The position numbers and the translations under genes were made by a program. A stretch of 61,966 nt of DNA, filler included, from Nemertoderma westbladi (Eukaryota; Animalia; Xenacoelomorpha), in assembly GCA_032718475.1 (NCBI GenBank). It is 4 parts of 4 records of this genome, joined end to end, with 100 filler letters (N's around TTAATTAATTAA, not from the genome) between each part and the next. Parts side by side here need not be neighbours in the genome. Positions count along the whole stretch, not along the records: positions 47,408 to 61,966 come from JAUCBJ010008202.1; 3 more parts are not named here. One strand, 5' to 3'. The notes beneath the pieces are model-generated. The model searched no databases. It was not told the DNA's origin and saw nothing but the letters and a program-made list of their open reading frames with translations. Positions 48,370-59,420 of the stretch are shown here, piece after piece (position 1 is the stretch's first letter; every line of letters starts with the position of its first letter).

Positions 48370-51300
48370 GATAGAAAGATAGATTTATTTATACATTATG
48401 TAAAAACAATAACAAATACACCAAACAATGTACCGTTATAAAGGTATTGTCCAACATAACATAGTATTACCCCTAAAGCTTTGCAGCTTATTTCCAAGGG
48501 GGTCCTTTATGTTACTTGGTTACAAATACAATATTACACTAAGCTAACCTAAAACCAATATAAAACGAATTACACTATGTACATGTACAACTTTACCGAG
48601 AGCGTGACAATGCCCGACTCAACGACAAAGATGTAATGTACAGAACAATTTAATATAAAACATCATTACAGTATAAATAGTAAATAATTAATAAACTAAT
48701 AACTTACTGTAGGACTATTGTACCTATTTTTACATTGCACACAGAGGTGAGATTTAACTGCAGATTTAAAAGAATGTTGATTATTTAGGTTTTTAATTTC
48801 ATTTGGCAGAGCGTTCCAATTTTTAATGCCGTTAAAAAAGAAAGTATCAGATTCGAAGGATTTACAATTCGGGAGGTAGAAGTTTGAAGCACTAGCTCTG
48901 GTACTGTAAGAGTGTGTATCGCTTACTCTGTTGAATTTTTGTTTTAGGTAATTGGGACATTTACCATTATACACTTTATGCACATGGTTAAGGCATAGCT
49001 GCTTAACTCTACTATCTAAGTTAAGTAGTCCAGATTCAGAAAAGTCATCTGGAGTTAGGTGGTGCCTAGGTTTGTAGTCTTTAATAAATCATACTACTTT
49101 ATTCTGAGCTACTTGTAATTTACATTTAAGCTGTTTGGTTAAGCCTTCATACCAAGAAGAGCATGCATAGTCCATGTGACACTGTATTAAAGAAGAGCAA
49201 AGTTACTTGCGGGAGTCGGTATTTAAACTATTTTTATTTCTGTATAGAAACCTAAGCCTACTGTTAACTTTCGAGAAAATATTTTTCACTGTGCTTTCTC
49301 CTGATAAGCAGTTATCCAATGTGGCGCCTAAATATTTAACTTCCTTTTTATTTTCAATCTTATGTCCATTACTAGTGACTTCAAACTTAGTTACCTTCTT
49401 TAACTTTCTTTTGGAACCAAACAAAATACTTTCAGTCTTACAGTTAATAACAGTATCTTACATATTGTATATATACATACAGTATCTTTCAGTTAATAAG
49501 ACAGGTGTCTGAGAATATGATTTACGAAAACCGGACTGAAGTTCATAGATCAGATTTAGCCTACTAAGATGTGCTTCCAGCTGTAGAAAAACAGAACGTT
49601 CTAGAATTTTAGATACAATACTTAAGATACTAACAGGTCTGTAATTACAGATTTCTACTTTACTATTCTTTTTATACAGAGGAACAACCTTAGCTAATTT
49701 CAGTTCGCCTGGTACTACATTATCTACAATAGAGTAATTAATAATAAAAGTAATAGGCACTTTAAGTACTTCAGCACCATCCTTAAGAAAACGGGCAGGT
49801 ATTAGGTCTAGACCAGTACTTATTGAGGCTGATAGGCTAAGTAGATTTTGAAAAACGAAATCCTCAGAAACGGGTTTTAAAAATAACTTTTCTGAATTTT
49901 GTAACTTTTCTAAATAAAAATTATTTAGAGTTTCGGACCCTATACTATATTTATTACTTGATAACGGTAACTTCTTAACTAAATTAGGGGCAACATTAGT
50001 AAAATAATTATTAAATAAATTACTAACTAGAGTATGATCATGTACCAGCTCACCGTTATCTTGCAGAACAATATTCGATTTAGATTTAGGGTTTTTATAA
50101 CCTAAAGATTTTAGGGTAGACAATAGACTTTTAGGATCATCTTTATTCTCACTTATTTTGTTGTACAAATATTCAGATTTAGCTTTTTTTATTTCCCGTT
50201 GGACAAGGTTTCTATATTTGCAGTAATTATTATAATCAGCTAAAACACGGTATTTCCTAAATTTATACAAATAGTTATCTCTTTCTCTGATATTACTAAG
50301 AATACCCGAGGTCATCCAGGGCTCAGTGCGTTGTTTAAGACTAATTTCTTCAATTGGTGCTACAGTATTAAGTGCCTTTAAAAATATATCTTTAAAAACA
50401 GTGTACGCAAGGTTAATGTCAGCGGCCTTAAAACAGGGTTCCCAGTCAGAATTTACTAACAAACTTAAAAAGCGTTCCTTGCTGTAATTTTTCATAGACC
50501 TAACAATTACTGTTTTATGATCCCCGAAAAAAGATTTTTGTGTCTTTCTTGTGCAAAAAACTATAAAATGATCGCTTAGACCTATAGGTAAAACCCCAGA
50601 TTGAGAAATAATATCGGTATTATTACAAAGGATGTGATCTAGTAAAGTAGAAGTTTTACTGGTAATTCTGGTCGAATAATTTGTTTTAAACCAAACAAAT
50701 TTAAAATACTTTGGTACTGTTTACAGATGGGAGATGCTTTGTGATGGTAACAGATATTAAAATCACCTAAGAAATATATTTCACAGTCTGACCTAAGATT
50801 ACATAAAATCGTATTTTCAAAATTTTGCAAAAAATCTGATTGTTTAGGGGGCCGATATAAAGTACCGATTAAAATAGGTTTAGTTTTAGGAAGTAAAAGT
50901 TCCACCAGTAAAACTTCGTCACAAGACTCTAAATCTTCCCTACGATTAAAAGCTAAATCACATCGAATGTAAGTACAGACACCACCACCGTGTCTATCCC
51001 TATCCTTACGTAAATCTACGTAATTATCAATATAAATTTCTCCATCAGAAACACTGTCATCGATCCAAGTTTCAGAGATTGTTAAAACTGCTGGGTTGGA
51101 TTTATTGATTAAAATACGAATTTCGGAAAGTTTGGGAAGCAGAGATCGTGCGTTTAAATGCAAAAAATGCAGACCTTTTTTCTTAAAAAATTTAAAAGTT
51201 TCACTCCCAGCATCACTTGGAGTTTGCAGAGGCGATGTGAGGAATGAATCGTCGGTTTCTGATTCTAAAATTGTATCATGAAAGGGAAGTTCGGTAAAAA

Positions 51301-51850
51301 TACAGCTATTGCAGAGAAAACTTGGCTCAAGATTGTTTCTGGTGGAGAATAAATTAGGCCTACTGCTTTTCCTACGGTCACATTTTAAATGTACAAATGT
51401 GTCACAACTCTCGCATTGGACAATCTTACTCCGAGAGTTTGTTCCTCATTGACAGACGGGACAGTTGATCTACGGGGCCCGCATCCTGCTGGGTCCTGGG
51501 TTGGTCTCAATATCCCCAGCCAGAGACAGAAGACAGAGTTTGGCGATTAGGCCTCTAGTTTGTGGAGAGGAGACCCAAGATCTTCTTCCCCGACGAGAGC
51601 AGTAGAGGCTAAATCCACTCGTCGACCACATCTCCGTCGATTCGGCGCGGCAGTTCAAAACGGTAGCGACAGGGTGTTCGGCAAACCAGTCCAATATAGG
51701 TATTGGGTGGGTTGCAGGGTTACCCCGCGGATCGGATGGTTCTGCCACAATGAAACAGCCCAGAACGATGACAACTGTGGAGATTAAGAGCGGTGACATT
51801 GTGCTGTCTGGCTGTAGTCTGACTAAAAAGATAAAAACTGTATAGGCCTA
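48370..51850 (-). mobile_element. CR1/L2-group LINE, degenerate (2A leader, PHD, APE, RT with core deleted)
   Basis: HLNARSLLPK, ISETW, RKDRDRHGGGV, LYRPP, GDFN (APE); NYRPVSILSIVSKILER, QSGFRKSYS then KTESILFGS, KYLGATLD, WNALP (RT flanks); aaataaa + tcta-type tail. Confidence 0.9.
51491..51535 (-). other. 2A-like (StopGo) ribosome-skipping motif LLSLAGDIETNPG/P
   Basis: Exact D(V/I)ExNPGP consensus with hydrophobic upstream residues, at the N-terminus of the LINE ORF2. Confidence 0.8.
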
Positions 51851-52246
51851 GTATGTAGTACCGGTATCTTTCTTGGTCTTATTGTCGGCAGGCCTACATC
51901 TGTTCCTGTAGTAATTACATAACAAAAATTATAAGCGACAGAAATGAGTAATGGTCAGGTCATACTGTTGAATAATATTAAGGACAAAGCGCACACACCA
52001 GGTAAGATCAATATTACATACAATACATCATACAAAAATCAAAGGTAACTAACTAACTATGGCAAAAAGTGTATCAAAAAATAAATATAGAACAGAACAT
52101 GCATACGTCACACACCTCAAACAAATAAACCAAACGTCTGGTAATATACTGAGTGAGCGAATGATGTAATAGGGAATTGTGTAACAAGCAATGAGTGAAG
52201 AAAATGTGACATATGGTATGATCAGCCAGTAATCAGTAAACACTTT

Positions 52247-53260
52247 TTATTTTTCCAGAATCCCAAGAATTTGATTCCAAGAGGGTGAGATATGAGATAA
52301 ATATTTCATATCTGAATTGGAGTTCAAGGTGTTGCCCTTATTAGATCTAATGTGAATGGCTTCATAGACACTAAGTTCACTCGGTTTAACTTTCCGTTCT
52401 AGAACGGAAACATTAGTTTCATTAAAAGTGTGGCTATCACATACACAATGTGTGATTAGACCGCATTCAATGACTTTTGGAGAAAACAAAGCGTATGTTC
52501 TTTGAAGCGATCTAATAATGATCGTTTTGTTTTTCCAATATAGAATTTGTTAGCACAATCTATACAGACTGTTTTATATACGCGTACAAATACGCCCTAC
52601 GTGTAAAAAATAAATTACTAACCATACTGTGATCAGGACCTTCATATTTTCGCGGTAATATCAATCCCAATTTTTCAATGTTGCAAAAATATACTCTAAA
52701 ACCTATTTTTGTAAGAATGCATTCAATTGATTCTGATATATCAGCTACATAGGCGATAATGCAGATAGGGTTCATCACGTTCTCTAGAGACCGTGTGTAC
52801 GGGTTCATATAGGCAGGATTGTATCATATTTTGTGGGTACCCATTTTGGCCGAATGTTTTAATTAAATTTACAATTGTGAGTTAGAACAGTAACGTTCTG
52901 CCCATAATCTCATGCCATGTAGTATTTGTCTGAGCTGTTATGATGGAACCAATGAGAGAGGATGAATATATCTGTTAGAATGTGTTGGAAAATTGAAGTA
53001 TACCAGTAGAGTCATGCGAAATTAGTACGTCTAAAAAGTTTATGGTTCCTTTGTTCTCTAATTCTTATGTAAATCTTAACCTCCCCTTACAGTCGAAGGA
53101 GTTGAAACATGCAAGAAGATGTTGAATGATAATTTAATATCCAAACACACGGCGATTAATGGCAAGCAAAATATCATCAATTAAACGCTTATACAGTATG
53201 ATTAAATCTTCAAAGGGAAATACCGGAAATACAATATTGCAAAAATTTTATTTTTGCTTC
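52247..53260 (-). mobile_element. Second, degenerate Penelope-like element
   Basis: LYKRLIDDIL and ENKGTINFLDVLI (RT); DCANKFYIGKTKRSLLDRFKEH and EAIHI...LN (GIY-YIG). Confidence 0.8.
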
Positions 53261-53313
53261 ATCCTTATCCCGTTTATATAACTATCTATCTATAACTAAC
53301 TATCAACAATACG

Positions 53314-54366
53314 TTGGTGCCAGCCCACTCATCACTAACTTTTCTTGGTCACAAATTTAGTGCAAAGGAGGACAGCCTCACGCAGTGTATTAGAACGATC
53401 GCCTCAGTAGCGGATATATTCCACAGAAATGGCTGGACAGTTAGGTGGCTGAAGGTAAATACTCTTAACTACCTCTGGAATACTATAGCGGTGCCAATCC
53501 TAACTTACAGCATGAGATTCCTCATTGGGGCACTGTCGCAACGAGAAGTAGACCAACTCGATATCTACTACCATAAAATCTTACGAGGCCTGCTCTACCT
53601 GGGCACATATGCTAGTAACCAAGTGGTAATGGACCTTATGAGTTGCGACCCAATATCAACTCGAGCATACACAGATGCTCTAGGGACTATCTTGAGGACC
53701 ACCACCTGCCCCAATACAATCCTCCAGCCGTTCCTTAGACTATCACTTTTCATTAACAGTAGCAAACAGGACAACGATTATCATACTGCAAGTCTCAGTG
53801 GGGCCTACCGACAATGTTCCAACTCCTTCCCAATGCCAGATATCCTATCCATCCTAACATTCTCATACTGCAAGAAGGAATTATTATCTCGTCTAAACAA
53901 CGGATCACTAACATCTGGTGAAGCGATGAAACGAAACTTTATTAATAACTGTTACAGCCTTCGCAAAACGTCTTTCGACGTGAAACACATGCGAATATTA
54001 CAGTACTACAATGTGTCTTAAAGTCTCCCTTCGGGTAATGTCATCATATCAGCTTAGCTATTATAGTGCTGGTGAAGTGGGGGGGGGGGGGGGGGGGGGG
54101 GGGTGGGGGGGTGGTTCAGTATACGTATTTTTTTTTTTTTTTTATTTTAACCTATGTTCTCTGCAGTACAATTTGGTATATTTTATTTGTGCGTTTGGTC
54201 TACCGTACTTTGTACTTTTACCGGATGTACTACGCAACACATGTAATTATTTGCGCGTTCGTTTTACTCGTTTTACCTGTTACTTGTGCATGATGTACTA
54301 CACAATTTTACTTTGAAGATAATATAATGTCGGCTGGACCGACGTCACTATGTTAATAAAAAAAAA
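53314..54366 (+). mobile_element. 3' part of a non-LTR retrotransposon (post-RT region, 3' UTR, A-rich tail)
   Basis: TFLG...LWNTIAVPILTYS...YHKILRGLL resembles LINE ORF2 C-termini; UTR ends with hairpin + aataaaaaaaaa; second copy at 29843-30015. Confidence 0.65.
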
Positions 54367-54719
54367 TAATAAATATATAAATTTAAATCTAGATATTGTT
54401 ATAGTATTCTGTTAACGCTTAAGGTGTCTATGGGCAGACGGGCTTGGGAGGCATACTGCACAACCGAAGTGCCAAAGGGGGAAAATCTCAACCCCACCTT
54501 AACTTATTGTACTTTCTTTTCATTGAATGTGTCTTTCTCTTCGTTGAAAAGTCTTTTTACATTTCATATTTTTTTTACATTTTGCTTACTCTCTATCTTG
54601 CTGTAAACTTTGAACCTATCTATAGTGTTAAAAAAATCAATCAATCAATCAAAAACACCCTCAACCTGATGAAAATTACCATTTGTTTACTTCTCTAGCA
54701 GTAGTGCCCACTGAATCTT

Positions 54720-55113
54720 AACATGCGTTCACAGAGGGTGGTTGATACTACGGTGCTATTATACCATAAAGCTCAATGTTGTCATGTGCTGTCTCCAGGT
54801 GATGTTTAGTGCTGCCCTTAGTAGTCTTGTGTAACAACCATCAATTTGTTGTTTAAGCGATTTCGTCGGTGTCCAGGTCTCACCCCAGTATAAAAGTACA
54901 CTTTCCACTGTGGCTGAAAAGAACTTGCTCTTCAGGTGTCTGACTAGGTCTGATTTCCAGATGATATCCATTTTTAATAGAGCTACCAATGCCTTTGACT
55001 TCTATGTCTTTTTTGCTGCTCTTTATCCAAGATCCAAGGTACTGGAAGTCTTCAACCTTCGTTTGTGGATTATTATGAATTGCTGTCAAGTTTCCATTAA
55101 CATTAAAAGTCAT
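54720..55113 (-). mobile_element. Diverged RTE-clade LINE fragment
   Basis: VEDFQYLGSWI, IWKSDL...FSATVESVLLY.GETW, IDGCYTRLLRAALNITW. Confidence 0.8.
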
Positions 55114-57536
55114 TAATTCGGGCTTGGTAGCCCGAATTCGCCCTGTTAACTTTTTTCAGTACAAGATGTACATCTGCTAGCATATTATGGGAGAATGTAT
55201 TAAATGCGGAACCCACCAAACGAGATTATGCCCCGGATACATGTGCTGACCCTGCAAAGATGCCTCAACATCATCGTTGTCACATTCCCAACCTAGATAG
55301 AAGAAATTCCTCTATGCAACTAGATAATGTTTATTATCATCTACTGGCATATTTTTAGTTTAAGCAATGTCTCAAGTGACCGAAGATATATATATATATC
55401 ATTTTAAACCACTAGAAGGGTGACTTAAAACAAATAGTAGCAATGATCAGTAACAATGATCTGTCATATGTAGGGATACCATCCAGCCCGGACTCATTAC
55501 TACGTGGCTCGCCCCAATATGGTAGTCCTTGTACATACACCAATATACTTTCACTATCACGGGGCAGTCAACAGTCAGACAGTGTGGGATACTGTAGGTC
55601 GCACGTTGTCTACTGTCAGACTGTAGTACGTACAGTGCCGCCTTGCCAACAGCAGCACCGCTTACCGGTTATGATAACAATTTACGAATACAATATGATT
55701 GTAGCCCGATAGTTGTATTTTCCGACTCATCATATTACCACAGCATATTATAAATCTATTCCATTAGAATCAGCGCCCTAGAAAACCTGAAAATGTGAAT
55801 TTATAGAATCGTATAAGTGAATTAAAAATTTTGTGTTCTAATTGAAAAGTGCTGGTTACTTGTTTTTTTCATTTTTATCCTTCGCAGATAGGACTAAACA
55901 GCCACTTATAGTAATCATATCATTTTTAAATATTTTCCAATGTATTTTGCGCCCCAGAAAACCTGTATTGAAAAACAATTAGCCGAAAAATGCAACTTTC
56001 AAATTTTGTGAAAATTGTGCACTACTTCTAATTTCGGTGCTGCAATATAACCACCGCAGTAAATTTTTTCGAAATTTTTTTTTTCTGTCGGATCCAGACT
56101 AGTGATACCTACGTACAAATAAAAAATCAGACGTTTTCGTAAAAACTTGTAGATGTTAGAGGGGGGGGGGGGGTCAATAAAATTTAAGTATAATTTTTTA
56201 AGAAAAAGCACAACCAGACAATATCTTAATATACGTACGACACATGCCCACACACACACACACAATGTACACTATAGTCTACAACAGTTCTAAAAAAAAG
56301 GCTAAAATAGGGCTAAAATAAGGAGGCTGAAATCAACTTCATAAGCGCAAGTACAAATTCAAGTACAAATTTTATTTTTTTTAATTGCAATTTAGAACTA
56401 AGCATTAAGGCCAGAATTGATGAGAAAATCGGAACCTAAGGTCCTATCAATAAATTTTTATGATGATTTGAGTGAATTGCACTAAATTTGCTTGAATGCC
56501 ATGAGTCTCGCCCAATGTGTTGCCATGGTGACCACCCAGAACCGAGATTGAACCATCTGTCGCTGTGATAGAGTCAAACATGCCTTGCATTAAATTTCCC
56601 CGTTGTGTTCACATTTCTGTTGACTCGGATTTACATGTCTTTTGTGATGCTTCAAAGTATGCCTATGCATGTCTGGCATACGTAGTTCCTCCGCAGTCTC
56701 AACCACAACTTTTTTTGGGAAAGCCTGTGTGGCCCCCCTTAAACCGACACATTCTATTCCTCACCTTGAACTCCTTGATTCTCTAATTGGAGCCCGACTT
56801 GTTCATCGTATCACCTTAGAGATCCTCCAACCCCGATTGGTGTTTATATGGTCTGATTCCACAGCCTTTCTTTGGTGGAATCGTAAAGGGGTATCGAAGC
56901 GAGACGTATTTGTGACTAATCGCCTTCAACAGATAGCGGATCTTACACCTAGTGATAACACTAATATCCAGTGGCGCTATATGCCCTCAGGAATGAATCC
57001 AGCCGATATCCCATCGCGTGGTACTACATTGTCATCCTTAGCATCATCAGATCTCCATTTTTGCAAGAGCCAAAATCATGTTGGCCAACTAGCCCTTGTC
57101 CTCCACCACAACTCATAGGCCCGGTTGCAAGAAAGTTTGAACTTGAAAGTCTGAACTATGGTAGTTTCAACTACCTAGTGCATACTATTCCTAGTACGAA
57201 CTTATGTTGCGTTGCAAGAAACATGAAAACCCGTTACTAGCAAAAGTATGAACTACCTAGTACAGACTGTCCATTTGACCCCGCCAAAGTTCAATTTCAG
57301 TATCAAAAGCATGGGAAAATTCATGACTCATTCATTGCCTGACTGTGGTTTTTTCATATTAAAATTATTAAAATTAAATTATACAGTCAATGGAGGTAAC
57401 TATGTATCAAACAAAAGAACATTTTAGTAAGGGTAGTGTTATCCATAGAATAAAAATGGGCATCACAATATAATTGAGATACTTCTCGTATTTATCTGAA
57501 TTTTCTTAATTATTTTATTTTATTATTTTTATTATT

Positions 57537-58309
57537 ATGGGCCAGTCACAAGAGTTGGAATTTTTGAACTGTCTAGAGCCATTTGACCCTGTAATAATTT
57601 CAAATGAAAACACCAAAGACGCTAGAAAGAAAAGGATGGAATCGTGGTTTTCTATTCATAAGCTACTTATTGAACGCACTGGTAAAAGTTCTTTCACAGT
57701 TAATCAATTACAAAAAAAGTGAAATAATATTCAAAGTCGGGTGAAGGACAAACGTATTTATACAAAACAAACAGGAGGAGGTCCACCATCTAAACTTAGT
57801 GAAAATGACACACTGGCCTACAAAATTTGGGGGAAAAGAATCCGAAACTTGTTCGTGTTCCTGGGGCCTTAGAAAATACTACTTATGTCACTTGCTCAGT
57901 AGAAGAGAGTTCAATTGCAGAGAGCTCCGAAGAAGAGGATAATATATCCACAGTTACTGATTGTTCTGCTACCACAACCACCACTCAACGGCTGCCATTA
58001 AAACGTAACAATAATTGTGTTAGCGAAAATAGATCTGGTAATTCTGAAACAAAACCAAAGCTTGAAGATTTACACCGCAACAGTTTGCAATTAGAGGCTG
58101 AGAAACTCACATTAGAGAAAGAAAAATTGGTTCTAGAGAAGGAAAAGATTTTAATAGAAACTGAAAAGCTAACCATTGAAAAACAAAAACTAAATTTACA
58201 AATACAGCTAATGATACCGCAATTTCAGAATGAAAATCCGAGTGTAAGTAGGCCTACTATGCATACTTTACAAACTGCTGAAAACATTTATACGTATCAA
58301 TCAGAGTAA
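57537..58309 (+). pseudogene. Harbinger Myb/SANT-like DNA-binding protein (stop + frameshift)
   Basis: RKKRMESW...TVNQLQKK*NNIQSRVKDK...KQTGGGPP, then a heptad LEKEKL coiled coil. Confidence 0.8.
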
Positions 58310-58477
58310 AGTAAATAATTAATTGTGCATGTGCAGTTGATATAGAAGGGAGGTTCTGTAGAGCTCAATTATTAAGTTCTATAGAAGGTATAGTAGTTAT
58401 ATTGAGATGATATGATTATTATGGATTAAGATGGATTAGATTGTTGTAAAAAATCAACCACCTCTTTTCTCTTTTTC

Positions 58478-59420
58478 TCACCCATTTTTCTTATATATGT
58501 GATAATGCATTGGAACTGGTATAGGTACGTTGTCATCTTCTTCATGATCATCAAACGTGTCTTTGTCACAAAACATCTTGGCTTGATTGTGAAGTATAAA
58601 GAAAGCTGTAGTTACTTTAGGAACACGTTCAAGCGATATTCTTAACACGCTACCAAGAAAGTAAAACTGCCACTTTAACTGACCAAATGATCTTTCAATC
58701 GTACATCTAGCTTTCTTATGAACACGATTATAAAACTCCTCTCTAGGATTTCCCGGTTTCAGAAATGGAACAATGCAAATTTTTGAAAGAGCATAGCCAT
58801 TGTCACCTAATAATGTACCAGATAGTTCACCACACATTAGTTTCCTGTATATTCCACTATTTTTAAATATTCGACTATCATGAACTGATCCAGGCCAAGA
58901 TGTTACAATGTCCAAGAAATAGCAGTTACTGTCACAAACAGCCTGTACATTGAGAGAATGAAAGTTCTTTCTGTTTATATACTCACAAGGTTGGTATACA
59001 GCGGGTGGTGCAATAATCCTTATGTAAGTGCAATCAATAGCCCCAGTTATATTTGGAAGACCAAATTTGTCAAAAAAATCCTTCTCGTTGGTCCAACTTG
59101 AAATGAACCACTGTAAACATTCAAAATTGCACCAGTTACTCGCCACACAGTAGGCGACACTGTTGATTTGTCTACATTTATCCAGCTGGCAAGAGTCAAT
59201 TGCATCGACCCCGTTGCATAAAATCGCAGGCTCAAGCAGACTTGTTGTAAAGCCGTTAAAGCATATCCTCGACCTGTTGAGTGTTAAATAAATGGCGATA
59301 GATCATTAGTTAGTCGAATTATATTTGCACATTCAAACCTAAATAGACACTTTAATTCAATATCGTTATATTTTTCCAATAGATTCCGCAATGCTCTTCT
59401 ACTCTATAACTATAAAATTG
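58478..59420 (-). pseudogene. Harbinger (HARBI1-like) DDE nuclease, frameshifted
   Basis: LRFYATGS, GAIDCTYIRI, YINRKNFHSLNVQAVCD, WPGSVHDSRIF, LLGDNGY, ARCTIERSFGQLK. Confidence 0.92.
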
